From Parasitella parasitica NRRL 2501 (lineage: Eukaryota > Fungi > Mucoromycota), in assembly GCA_025201805.1 (NCBI GenBank), contig MU619253.1, forward strand, positions 2,202 to 66,201: a stretch of DNA of 64,000 bases. The letters run 5' to 3'. The translations under genes were made by a program, and so were the position numbers. This document shows positions 25,578 through 39,141 of this stretch, in pieces. Every line of letters begins with the position of its first letter. Positions within the stretch are counted from its first letter, which is position 1. The notes under the pieces are model-generated. The model saw only the letters and a list, made by a program, of their open reading frames with translations. It was not told the origin of the DNA and did not search any database.

Positions 25578-28118
25578 CTACCACATTTTGCACTTGGTTA
25601 GAGGGTTCATTGGGCTACCAGCAGGACAGTTGAATATCTTTGCAAAGTCATCACTGTTCTGGACGACACCATTGATACGTGCCCTAAGAGGTGAATGAGG
25701 GTCAGTGTAAATCTGGGGCGAAAAAACAAAAATAGTTAGTTTATTGGTTTCATATCCAATTTGTGCTTCACGTCTATCTTACCAATTGCTGTTCGAATTC
25801 TGGGCGATATTTTCCACACCACGTACGACCCAGGTTGACATAAAACAATGCGTCAGACGATAAGTGTTCTAAACCAGGTAGTATTTGTTCTTGTTTAACA
25901 AGCTTTCTGTATGCTGTCAATGAGGCTGCAGTACCTCCATTGTCGGCCAAGTTTTCTGATAAGGTCAGCTTGCCATTGACGTTTAATGTGGTGTTCCCAG
26001 GACCAGACACTATGAATTTAGAGTATTGATCAATATAACATTGGGCGTTTGCTTCGAATTTTGTTGAAGTGTCGTTTGTCCACCAGTCAGTCAAAAGACC
26101 ATGGCCATCGTATTTTCTGCCGAAACTATCAAAAGCATGCTACCGTTTCAAGGTTTAATTATATATATATAGAGTATCACTCATATTGTAAAAGTGATTC
26201 CTTACTGTGATTTCATGGCCAATAACCGTCCCCAAGCCGCCATAATTTAAATATTCAGGATAATTGCTGTCATACATTGGAGGTTGCATGATTCCTGCAG
26301 GTATTACGATTTCGTTGCCGTTTGGCGTATAATACGCATTGACAGTTTGAGGAGACATGTACCATTCGTCTCTATTGACCTTTTGACCAGCTTGCTTCCA
26401 CATTTTACTGCTATACCAGGCATTAAGAATGTTTTCGGTGCTGTAGAAACTAGTTTCGTTAATATAGATGCCTTCATTGTATTTCTCGATGGACAATGGC
26501 TGTCTTATATCAGGCGACACGATGCTGTAAGCAACCTTGTGGCCGATTAAGTTGACCTAAAATTTGTCAATTTATAACTGTTACACTACTAACTGCTCAT
26601 AAACTACTCACTTTTTCAATGGCTTTAGCCTTAGTTTGTTCATCAAGCCATTCAATTTCGGGAATACGATCCAACCAAGCTTTATGGATATTGGTCAGGA
26701 AAATCTCGGCCTTCTTTCTTTCCTGTTCAGAGCCAAACTTCTTGAGAGTATAGTATCTTCCAACTGAAAAAGGGAGTCTATTGCTAACAAGATCGGTACA
26801 AGTTTCCCAACGAGGACTCTCAGCCGTCGTACCACTAGAAATTGTAGCCATCATCTTTCTGTAAGCTTCACGAGATGTGCTATCCAGATTATTGGTTTGT
26901 CTGGCAACGAATGTAATGATAAAGTATTCTTGTAAGGTCTGCTCTGTGACATTTCCACTTGAGAGTAGTTGGCTGAGTTTTTCGAAATAAGTTGGAGTTT
27001 TGTCGATGATTGTATCAGGTACTGCAATTCCACTAGGTAAAAGCGCTTTGAGCATGGAAGTCCAATCAATCAATGGATTCTGCGTTTGGAATTCAGACAG
27101 GCTGATGGTATTGTAGAGTTTTACCGGATCTCTCATCTCTTCTGCCTTCAAGGAGATGCTGGCCAGTTTTGTTTCAAAATCGATGAATCTGTCGACGGCA
27201 GCAGCGACTTTCTCGTTTGACCATCTTGTGAAATTGACTTTTTTGCTTTCAGTATCACGCAGCAATGCATCTTGTGTTCCATTTGAATATCCACCGATTA
27301 CTTTAGTCAAAACGTCATTTAAACCTGCCTTATATGCTGCTATTGTTTCAGGAACTTCGTAGTATTCCTTTGAAGGCAAAACGAGCATTGCAGGATTCAG
27401 TAAAATAGCGTTAGCGTCAGGATTTTTGTCATCAATGTCAACGTAAAACGCAAAGAGAGAGAAAATATTAAGTCGATTGAGCTTGACCATTGTTTGACTG
27501 GCTGATGCTGTAGTACGGCTGGAAAATGTCTGTGTCCCATCTTGAACAGGGAAAAGTACATTTTCCATGATGGCTATATCTTGGTAGATGGGGGTGGGAC
27601 CTAACGAGTCTATTTGGTTCACATTCAAACATAAATTGTAGTATTTCTGCATTGTATCAAAATTGCGCCTATCAGCTTCTTGTTGGTCTTGCTGATGAAA
27701 ATCGTCGACTGAACTGATGAGAGACTTGTACGCATCGTCATACGTGCCTTCCAAGATGGAACGCATCACTTCCATTGTCACATCATATGCTTTATCTAAT
27801 GTTCCTGAGGCTGAAGATTATAGCATAGTTAGTGGTGAGTGAAATAGCAATTCCATGATGCGACTTACACACTCTGCTTTCAGGAATAGTGTCTTTTGCA
27901 AGCCAACCTCCGCCTAAAAAAAAAAAAAAAAAAAAAAAAAAGAAAAGTTAGATTTTTGAATAGCATTCGTAGTCTGACAACATACAGGTATATTGATAAA
28001 AATCAGAGCACGGATCTACGTTGAAATCAACATCATTCAGAATTGATTTTGCCACAGCAACACATTCTGGTGTAGAACATGCCATTGAATTGCCTGTATT
28101 ATTTGATAACGAATTCAT
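25578..28118 (-). CDS. M13 (neprilysin/ECE-like) zinc metalloendopeptidase, copy 1; multi-exon
   Basis: '[17 protein letters not shown]|GGW', 'VNAYY', 'VIGHEIT|HAFD' (HEXXH split by an intron), 'ENLADNGG', 'DPHSP', '[14 protein letters not shown]'. Confidence 0.93.
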
Positions 28119-30662
28119 TGCCAAATTTGTTTGTAATAAAAAGAAGAAGAAAAAAAAAAGAAAAAGCGCAAAAATCTATGCTTTTTATAGAAAATACATC
28201 TTGGCGGTTTGCGATAACATAATTGAAACGAATGCGAGTACTTCGTGGCATCCCATTCATCCCAGCTTTCTATTGTTCATATATGCATTTGGGACCTAGC
28301 TCACATTTGCTTCAAATTTACTCTTTTGAACATGAATTTATAAAATCTTTGTAGCGATAATAAGTAGATTGAAAACTTTCAATTTTTTCCTAGAAAAAGG
28401 GGGCAACTTGATCTTGTCACAAGGCTTGTTAAATTATGTCGCTTTTTCTGCACATTGCTGCATTTGTCATAAATGTTATCATGTGTCACCTTGCATAGTA
28501 TAAATAGAAACGTTCAGTTATTACACATAACTATGGAGAATCAAGGCCAATTTCTTTGATACATGCCTGAACCTGTATCTTTACTAATACTCAGATCATT
28601 ATTTAATTGCTGTATATTATTACTCTGAAATTGGGTCTTTGTACAAAATGACAAGAGCAGGGTAAAAACAGGTATACTGTGCATAATTGTTTAGCTAAGC
28701 ACCTAAAAAAAAAGCTCTAATGAGGAGAGGCGACGGTCATAGCATTATCGTTGCAGTAGTTCGAATAGATATCTCTTGACAGACGCCTGTTGCACTGTTT
28801 TGATAATGTACAAATGCTGTGTGTCTCTCTTGCTCGATTTTCAATCTTAGCTTTGGAAACTTTGTATCTATAATGAGAGGTTTCTTTGTGATGTTATGAA
28901 AAAAACAAAACTGCATCAGCCAACTGGATGCATTTTGCAAAACTGGCGGCTTCTTTTTTTTTTGTTTATCCATCTTATATGAACATATAATCGACAGCTT
29001 CATCTTACGAACGCGTATGATAAAGTCATATGGACATAATGAATAAATCTAATATAAAGACAAAAGCAGCACAATCCAATCCTTCACATATAGGAGAAAT
29101 CGTTCTCAAGAATCTACTAAGCCCCTGAAATTGATCTAAAGATCATCATACGCCAACTTTATAAACATTTTGTTGTTTCAATAGTATTAGATGAGGCTTG
29201 ATTACCTTATGATATAGCTACGGCATATTTGCAATAGCCTTCATATTAATGCAGACTGATGCACAAGCAAGTATTTTTTTTTTAATCGATTTTCAAAAAT
29301 GTACAGGACATGCCTTAATAAAGTAACAGCAATAAAGTATAAGAAACAGATAATTACTCTTGCAACATAAACCATTGCAGAGTCAAAAAGTATCATATGT
29401 TCTATCTAACTTGTGACATCAATAAAATGCTTTTATAACGCAGATATATGCAACAGTTCATTCACTGTAATAATCCACTTTATAAAGAATAGCAATCATG
29501 AGCCATGCGTAAAATTTGTAGAAGCAAGGAAGGGTGGAACAGAGACGTTCTAGTCATGTATATAAATGGAGAGAAGAAAGATGTAAAACCTGATGCATAC
29601 TATATATCCTTGTGAGAGATCCCACATTTGATAAATGTAGGAACAGCTTTTTCAATGAGGTAATCTAGCTGACCAAACAAAAAATAAGTTACGTGGATGC
29701 TCAAATGGCACGCTTTAAGGAATACCATTCGCTTACAACTACACATTCTACAGAGTGGTTGCATTAGAGAATTTGCGCAGATGTAGGCACGCTCAAAGGA
29801 AATAGAGAACAGCCACCACCACAGAAACCACGTCTATCTTGCAAGCGATGCGACAAAACAACAAAAACACCAAGCACCATTCAATAAACCACTTGATAGC
29901 TTATAAATAATATTATTTTACAAAAATATAGCTCAAAAAAAAAGCCATGGGCAATAAGAAGCAGTACTAGCTTCATAAATAAATACACAAAGCTTTAAAT
30001 CAAAAACCACCAAGCATGTCTCGAACCAAAAGCACCCTCTCATACCGACAATACCAACGAATAAGGTTTAAAGAGCTTGAATCCCTAAATAATTGGGAGC
30101 CAAGCAAAGGAAAAGTTGCCACCAAGATGCATTTGACCAAAAGAAAACCGTATAAAGACGAGAGAAAATAAGACACAAATACCTTGGAAGAATAGTATCT
30201 CTAGAAACGTTGACACAAATACATTCTTTCAAAGAAAACAAAGCGAAGCATCTTAAAGAACTTATTGGACCACCATTCCACCATTAACAGAAGATTGCGA
30301 GAGGCTTGAAAGACCGTTTTATTGATGAGTCAGTAGAAAGCCTCTTTTTTTGAGGGTATCTTGCTTGACAGGATACATACTTGTCTTTAAGACGGTTTTA
30401 TTGGGGCTATACGCCGATCTTGTTGATAATATTGTGGTTATATGTAAATTAACCGTTGATCCCGAACGATTTATTACGAGGCGTCTGTGTAATACAAGAT
30501 CAAAAAGGATCTATTCTAACAATATAAATTGCCTAAATTTAGTCATTTTCTTTCTTGAACTTGGCTGTTTGTGTTACATGTTTGTAACCTCCTCTCGTCT
30601 ACCTATTTTAAGGCCTTCTTAATCTTGGCAAACAAACTCTCTTCTTCCTATTTTGATCAAAA

Positions 30663-32248
30663 ATGACCATAGACGAAGTAGTAGAGCTCGATAATACTAA
30701 CCAAAACGTTGTAGCAGAGCCTTACAAACCAGAGGTGGAAGCGGAAATCGAAAGCCAAAACCAGGAAGCCTTGATCAAAGTAAGTTTATTCAATCGTTAA
30801 TAGCGTCAAAGAGTAACTGATACGTATCTACACACACACATAAAAGTCTTTAAGGCATGTTATAGACCAAAACACTAATAAGGATACTAGTATTACAGGT
30901 ATTCATAAAAATGAATGTATGCTGCAAATATTGATTTGCTACAAAAGATGCTGGCATTCATGCCCCATCATCTAAAATTCCTTCTAAATGGCACCGTCGT
31001 AAGTTGGGTGGGTGGCTCCATTTACACTTAATCCCCCAAGGATTCAAGTCAGCCATAGAAAAGAAGTTTGGAAACTTTGTTATTATCCGTTCGGTAAATA
31101 GGCCATGTGAATGAAATGCAGAGGCGAAAATTTCTGACGCACTCAAATGGTGCAAATACGTAGACAGGCGAATTACATTACGAAGAAATGCCAATTTATA
31201 CGCGTATTGGCATGCATCTGCTTTTTGGCGGTTATTATAGAGGCAAAGGTAATGTGCAATTTGGTTACTAGTTGGTAAAAATCACAATCTCAAATGATTT
31301 GTGTGTTGTGCTGTAGTTGATAATTCAAACATTATGCATGCTCTGTTTGTTAAAGAAACGCTTCGACAAGGAATATATTTTACCCAACCTGAATCGGTTA
31401 AACAGATACCTAGTTTTGTGCAACATTACACCATCGAAATGAACGATTATGTTATTTCTGACGTTGGTGCTTACAAGAACTTTAATGAATTCTTTACCAG
31501 GGCCATTTTGCCTTCAAAGAGACCTATTGCCGAAGCAGACAACCATGTAAGAGGGAGGATATCGACGGGCAGATAAAAGAGGTACCTAATAATCTTGTCC
31601 ATAGAACGTTCTTGTCGCAGCTGCAGACAGCCGTCTAAACGTATTCGACTCTGTTGATGCTGCTACCACTTTTTGGATCAAGGGAAAAGAGTTTACATTA
31701 TCAAAGCTTTTGCAAGATGAATCACTGGCCGAGGAGCTGGAAGGTGGTTCGCTTGCCATATTTCGTCTTGCACCGCAGGATTATCACCGCTTCCACGCAC
31801 CTGCCAAGGGCAAAGTTAAATCAATCAAGCCCATTGTTGGCACATATTACACAGGTAAATAGAAAAGGTGGCAGTGATGTGTTGCTCAAGACGCCGTTTT
31901 AAGCCAGTGTTTATAGTAAATCCATGTACCGTAAACCATGACTTAAACGTCTTTACTGATAATCATCGAAGCGTTGTTACATTCAAGAGCCATGCTGGCT
32001 TTTCTTTTGCCGTTGTCTCTATCGGTGCTCTGTTAGTCGGATCGATTGTACACACGCATGCTCGAGAGGAGAAAGAGCTGGAAAAGGGCCAAGAGATGGG
32101 CTATTTCCAATATGGTGGGTCGACAGTCATAGCTGTATTCCCCAAAGACAAAGTGATTTGGGATGAAGATCTGAAGGCTAATTCCGAAAGATCCATTGAA
32201 ACTGTTGTTTCCATGGGAGAGAGGATTGGGACATTTAATGTTAACTAG
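30663..32248 (+). CDS. Phosphatidylserine decarboxylase proenzyme (PSD2-type catalytic domain, no C2 domains); multi-exon
   Basis: 'EEMPIYTRIGMHLL', 'YKNFNEFFTRAI..RPI', 'AADSRL', 'IFRLAPQDYHRFHAP', 'IGALLVGSI' and the self-cleavage motif 'GYFQYGGSTV'. Confidence 0.92.
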
Positions 32249-32281
32249 GCTAAAAACACACACACACACACATTTTTATTA

Positions 32282-34619
32282 CTACATTCTATCAAGCATT
32301 TTTTCTATAGCTAAAAGATGGCCCTTAGCAGGGTGTGATTCATCTTCGTTGTTGTCTACATAAAACGCTACTAAATTTCTCAGCTGCGTCGTGCTTTTGT
32401 CGTCGTACTCAAACTTGTTTATATTTGACTTCATGATCCGTAACAGCGCAGCACATCCCGCTTTGGCTAGATTTTTACTACAAACAAAACGAGTACATGT
32501 GAGCATTGTTTGAAACTCATTAACATTTGGCAACGTACTGGGCTACTATGAGCTTATTGCTGTGTCCACTTGCTTTAAACTCGCAACCACTGACGACAAA
32601 ATCAATGACGGTCGAAAATATGGCTCTTTTCGTGGGCACTTGAAAATTTTCTGGCAAACTCATCAAGCATATTTCGCCGAGCAAGTACAAAAGTCGACTA
32701 CTGAATGAATACCACTTGTCACACAGCACAGTAATTAGCTTGTTGATTTACGCTTTTATAGAAGATGCTGAAACTTACATTTTCGCTTTGACCAGGCTGC
32801 TTTATTTCCAACAGGTGGCATAGATGGGTCACAAACAAGGGGGCTTTCTTGTCGGCAGCTTGTGCTTCAATGGCCATCCAATTTCTGTCCCTGGTGTTGA
32901 GAGCAATCACCGTAATAGCTTTCTCCAAGATGTCTATTGGAGTATCAGGCGAGAGAAGAGCAAGAAAAGGCCGCTCGGCCAAGAGAAATAATAGACTACA
33001 CATGCAAGGATGAATACTTGCTGCGCCATGTGTCGAGTATCCTACTTACATTGGTTTCACGCTAAGAGAGCCCACAGAGGATAGCATAGACAGCACGTAT
33101 TTCACCGTAGCATCTGCTTGTGGCGGCGTCTTTTCGTACTGGAAAGCGTCAGCAATCGCAGGAGCAACAGTCGAGTACTTTTCAGCAATGCGAATCATTT
33201 CGGTCGAATTAGCACTAGCAGCTTCTGGATTTTCTTCAACAAGATGATACATAGGAGGCGGCGTCTTGAACGGATATAGAGAAAGAGCTTGCACTAGTTT
33301 GTAGACATTGGAGTTGACAAGGCTAAACTTGATCTCTTTGATTAGCAGATCTCTGGCAATGGGTAGACTTGAGGATAATGCCTGCAGAGTTTTAGCAATA
33401 ACATGGATGATGCCGTATAGCTTTTCTTCAATGCATATGGGTAAGCAAAGTCCAAACTGAATTAGCAGCGAAGATATAGTGAATTCTGCATCTTGGGAAC
33501 GAGCAATCAAGTCTTTAATGTCTGACGCTACCATTTTTAAGCGTTCGTTTGCGTTTGCAGAGCACGCATCTGCAGTAGGCACAAATTTAGCAGAGAACAG
33601 CTGCGCAAACATACGGATCTTGCTAGGCACAAGCAGCATGTTTAGGTTTGCTGATTGATAATTGCCATGTTCCCTGACAACATCAGCAAAAAAAACTTTT
33701 AGCATTGTTATCTATAGCAATTGAATTATCAGTTTTTTTACGCTTGTAAAAAGAGAAGCATACTTACATTGAGCTTGCTGTGAGGTTGGACTTTAGGTGC
33801 ATTACACGACGTTCGCTTTATTTCAGCCGAAAAAGACGTAGATGGTGAAGGAGGATTTGGTTGCTCTCTAGGGAATGTGGTTCTATTTGGAGTTTCTGAT
33901 TTAACAGGTGGGGTATATGGCTCTGTCGAAAGCATTGGTGACTGTGTGAGAAGTGCGGATGTCTGCCGTATTGAAGGATTTGTGAGCTGTGAGGAGAGAT
34001 GAATGGATTGCATTGAATTGACAATGTCTGCAGATGATGGCATTGCAAGGCTTTCTGGATGTGTTGAGGATTTTCTAATCTTTGATTTGGTGCGAGGAAA
34101 TTCTTGGGGATAAGCTCGTTTCGACTGCACCGACTGCTGATCCCCTTTCGCCTGTTTCTTCCAGTAGAGGTTCTCTAGCTCCTGAATTGAAGACGGCATT
34201 AGATCAATCCTACCCGCATCTCTGTTGGTTTAGATAATTACTTTCATCTTTATCTTTTCCTCGGAATCTATCAATTTACTTTCTAATGCTTTGTTTTGGT
34301 GCTCTTGCACGTACAGTTTTTGTCGTAGCTCTTCAATGAGCCGATTCGCCTCCGCCTACAAGAGATATTTAATATGGCTGCATGTTCCCTTATTCTCTGC
34401 GTGTGCCCATACATTAATCTGTGGTTCTCTCTGCGGCTGTGAAGAGTCTGGGATTGCCACGCTGGCTCGAGGCGTATGTGTCTGTTGCGTTTGCGCTAAA
34501 CCAGGAAATAACGAGGTTGGTTGTGTGGAGGACAGTTGCTCTTCAAGCGCAACAGTTAATTCCAAATCTGCTGAATCGAAATCATATTCAAAAGGGTCTT
34601 CTTCGTCTATCTCGCCCAT
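32282..34619 (-). CDS. Hypothetical protein with acidic N-terminus, coiled coil and helical-repeat C-terminus (possibly ATRIP/Rad26/Ddc2-like); multi-exon
   Basis: Chain of minus-strand ORFs joined by GT-AG introns. 'MGEIDEEDPFEYDFDSADLELTVALEEQLSSTQ' then 'AEANRLIEELRQKLYVQEHQNKALESKL'. The gene itself is well supported; the family assignment is architecture-only inference. Confidence 0.7.
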
Positions 34620-35206
34620 GATAAGTATGACAGTTTTAGAGAGGGTGAGTGGCACAAATACATGTAGCTGTTGTTTAGGAATGTCTGCATTTCGTGACTG
34701 AGCGTGACACTCGCGACGGGCGATCTTGTGCCCATTCTGTGATGATTTGGCTTCTTTACAAGAGATGCAGCAAACATATAATATGGCATATTTGCACGCT
34801 GGAGTAGAGGACGCTTCTGTCCCCAATGTGAATCAGGCTCGCAGACATATAGTTATGTTTCAAACATGCCTTAGGATGGGAGTGATCTCACATAGGTGAA
34901 TGTGAAAAACCAAACACCAGAAACTCAACTTTGATAGAGGCCTCTGTTCTGTAGAGTGATCTTTCAGACATTGGACACCATAATACCGGCTTAATTCATA
35001 CTTCACTCGGTTCGATCAGCAAGCCTTTAAATTACTACATCTTCGAGCCAAAATGACTCTGGAATGTGAACCCAAAGAGTCTGGTACATGGGATCTTGGG
35101 TAGTCTGACCTACCAATAAAACGACTCTTTTTTTCTTTTTTTTTGCTTTTTAGGTTCCGTGCTTTACTCTCTTTTTTGTCTTTCCTCTTTCTTCATACAC
35201 ATCATA

Positions 35207-36587
35207 ATGGATGCAAAAGGCATGCTTGGCTTCGTAGCTAACCTTACTTCCGTAATGGCCGAGGAGCCATCACAGCACAAAGCAGCACCTACTTTAACGT
35301 GGGTGAATGTAGCCATTGCCTCTTCGTTTATCCTTGTCAATGGTTTGGTTACATCATGGTTAGTGGATGCTTGATCATAATCTTTATTCAACACTAGGTG
35401 GGATCTCTCTGGTCTTGGGTTTGCAACTCGAGAAAACATTGATCATTGCGGCTACTCGCTGCTTAGTACAGCTCACGCTGATGGTAAATGGCTGACTGTA
35501 TCTCTTTATGTCCAATTTAATGAATATCATTTGCATAGGGCTTCATTTTGGAAGATGTGTTCAAAACCAGGCATCCAGCTCTCGTTATGCTCATGACTTG
35601 TAATGTAGCTTTGTGCTAACAAATCTTGCCCTCAGTACTGATTATCCTTTCCCTTTTGCTTTTGCTTTGCTAGTTGTGTTAATCCTCCTTGGTGCTTATG
35701 AAACAGTTTACAACAAATCCAAACAAACTTACAAGGGCATGGTAAAAGATTAAACTGCCATCATTTGTTTGAAACAGCCAAACCTCTCTAACGTCCTTGC
35801 TAAAGTTCATGTCAGTGTTGCTATCCTCGGGCATTGCAACATTAACCGTAGGTATTGTAGGCACTCGTTTTGCCATGAAACAAACTCCTTTTTGGATTCC
35901 AGAAATCTTCATTCCTACAATGGGTATGTTATTGGGCAATGCAATGAGCGGCATGGCTGTCGCTCTTAGCAGTTGTTTGTCTAGTGTTGGCACTCGTAGA
36001 GAACAAATCGAGACTTACCTTGCTTTTGGTGCAAGTCGTTGGGAAGCTGGCCAGTCTATTGCAATTGAGGCTGTAAGACTGTCCATGCTTCCCACTATCA
36101 ATCAAATGTCAGTTATTGGTCTGATCGCTATCCCCGGTATGATGACAGGTCAAATTCTGGGCGGTGCTCCTGTTAGCAACGCTGTCAAATATCAACAGAT
36201 CATAATGTTTCTGATTTCTGCGAGTACAGCCTTGGGTGTTCTGAGTGCTGTGGTGGTAAGTTTTACTAGCAAATTACGAATGCTAGTAACTGTCATTCTA
36301 AACCAACTCTTTAAATCCAGTCTTGCATTCGAGTCGTCATTGATAGTCGTCATAGATTGAGACCAGAAAGAATCATCAATGGAAGAGCTAGTCTTTTCCA
36401 AGATATCAAGCATGTCTGTTACAGTTTGTGGGAGGGGATCGTATATGTGTTTTGCTGTTTCTGTTGCAGAGTCCAAAAGAAAACGCAGAACGGCGCTAAT
36501 AGTAATGCATCTGAACCAAGAGAAAGACTAAAGAACGATGACGATGACGAAGGAGATGATGATCAGCGTAGACCTTTATTGAATTAG
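35207..36587 (+). CDS. UPF0014 family membrane protein (YbbM/FetB/STAR2-like ABC permease); multi-exon
   Basis: 'IAATRCLVQL', 'IPTMGMLLGNAM', 'IETYLAFGASRWEA', 'PTINQMSVIGLIAIPGMMTGQILGG', 'AVKYQQIIMF', 'IDSRHRLR'. Confidence 0.9.
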
Positions 36588-38133
36588 ACTTTTGTTGTGT
36601 ATTTTTTGTATATTTTTTTATTATCCCCCCCCATCTATTGTCTACTGCATCATCATGATTACATTGCTTTTATACTATATTTTTATATAAATTATATCGA
36701 AAATGTGATTATTATAGGATGACGCATAAATCGCACACAACCATATATTACGGTACTACAGCGCTAAGTATTGTCTGCTTGACAATATAGTTTAGAACTC
36801 GTAGAGTTGAAACATACCTATTGCACACAGATCCTGTAAACTGGTCCCTGCACATCTTAATAAAAACGAAAACGAAAGAGCTCTTGTACGCCATAATAGC
36901 GTTAAATTACCCGCATTAGTTCATATGAATACTCAAGAACTACTTCCGGTGGTTCTCCATAGCTTATTCATCAGACCATTATGTAAAAATACAATCTATC
37001 ATACCATCTGGATCACATTAGCATCTTTGCCACTCTCTTATACCGATTTGTATATCAAACTCTTTTATAAGCAATTTTTGAACCTGACTAATTAGCAAGT
37101 TTTTCCCCTTACAATAAATTGTCACTTCTTGACAGCATTGTTTCCTCTGTACGATCCCAAGAAGATTTAGCCATTTCAGTGTTTTGCAAGTCGGTTGAGA
37201 TAAAGTTCTTTGCATTTTCTGTAGCCATTTTTTGAAGGGAGAAGTGGTTTCAATCTCATTTCAAATTTGTTGACGAAATCCATTCTGCAGTAGCAATTGC
37301 CTAGAATTGACCTCTTTTTGTCATAAACGGGTCTATTTTATGATCAAGAAGATAAAGAGATAAAGTGATCAAAAAATATTGAATGTAAAGAAAACATTAT
37401 ATACCAAGGGAAATCTGTTTGATAACTGATTTGCTGCGATGATTGTCCTTTACTGTATTTTATGTTTGTGCAACGGTATACTCGTTTGTTTGTTTAGCTG
37501 TAATATTTCCATTCCAGTGTAGTAAATGCGACATGATGCATCTGTAAGATTATATCTTGAAATGATGGAGTTTGCCACTAATCTGCGGTACTGTACCTGC
37601 TTTTTTAAACCGTCTGTTAATTTACTCTAGAGTGTAACCACGTCTTATATATTACTTGCGCGTGCATTATGTTTTAATAATGAGCGACATAAATCAACAA
37701 GAGCTGTATTAGCGAAGCGCATAATGCTGTTGATTCTTAAAAATTGCCCCACAAAAATGTTGGAATGCACACCTTCTACAAGTTTGTATAATGGGCTATC
37801 AGATATATCTTCTTGAGATTACTTTCAAGGCTGTTGCTGTAATAATATTCCAGATTTTACAATGCCACATGTCATATCATTGCTGGAAAACTGATCTCCT
37901 CTAGAGTATATAGAGTCCTTAGATAGTTGCAATAATATTTTATTTGTCATTATCATTGAAGTACAATACCTTCTAATTGCAATTTTTTTTTTCACACTTG
38001 CTAAATGAATGACGAGCTCTTCCACATCATGAAAAAAGTATAAAAGCACTAATAATTTATTTTTTAACAATTGCAAGGGGGGAAAAAAACCTGTACACTA
38101 GAAAATACATGCAAGCGAGTTTTGTGAGGAAAA

Positions 38134-39141
38134 TTAGATATCCTTTTTGTTTTCCTGTTCTTGCTCAACAGGTTCAAGTTTGGTAACATGGTCTTCAATA
38201 GGAGTGGTGTCAATTTCTTTGCTTGCTTTTCTAATGGCGGGATCATTGGAAACCTGGATGAAACGATGGTTAATAAAATTACTCCTTTTACATTATGCAC
38301 TATCTGTCTGCACATATCAAATAAACTTACCGATCCTTCAAGTTCAATAAATTGATCTTCTAGTCTAATATAGTCCATGGCCATATTTTTTATCTTGTTC
38401 AAGATGCTGCAAATATATATATATGTTATGTCAGGTTTCGCCCGCAATAGCATTTAAATAGCATATACACTTACAGTAATAACAAGATAGTGAAACCAGT
38501 AAGGTATAGGTTTCTTTGAGCATAAAATTTTTTTGCAGCTTGACCAACTTGAGCTCTGAAGTCAGAATTACCTACAGATGGAACGCCACCATTTTCGTCT
38601 TCAGAATTTACCACATCATAGAAGGCTCGAAGTGTATTGACGGAATCTGTATGAAACGGTATACCGTTAGCATAATTCAAGTATACATGCACTATTTTAT
38701 GCGTCATTCTTACCAAGGAAGAGCACAAAGATAAATCTGTGATAAATAGTTATTTAATTAGTATAGCTGTAGCTGTTTGGTATACTGACCACTTACACAA
38801 ATACGATTTTCATAATATATTGAGCATGAGCAATCTAAAAGACAAGACGGCTTGAATAATTCAGATGCCTTTCCCGTCAGAAAGTGTTACTTACGGTGGG
38901 TGAGGTAGCTAACCAGCGAAATACTGGCTTTTGCCAACGCGTTGGGATGGGCAACTGCAGACATATCTCTTGAGCATTGCATGCTCGAGTACTTTATGAT
39001 AAAGACCACTTACCAAGAATAAGAAAAAGAGAATAATCTACGTCCCAATCAATTTAGCTGTCAAACATAAAACATAATTTCAATGTCTGAAATTACCTCA
39101 AATGTCAAGATGCCAAATACAATGCCGTAATAGAGAGCCAT
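38134..39141 (-). CDS. BAP31/Yet-family ER membrane protein; 8 exons, several very short
   Basis: Spliced 'MALYYGIVFGILTFEIILFFLFLLPIP..FVLFLDSV..KKFYAQRNLYLTGFTILLLLIL', coiled coil and C-terminal KKDI* (KKXX ER-retrieval motif). Confidence 0.92.

Noticed and set aside
36950-37330. Minus-strand coding-like stretch suggestive of a retrotransposon gag remnant
   Set aside because: No recognisable motif in any frame, so it cannot be supported without a search.
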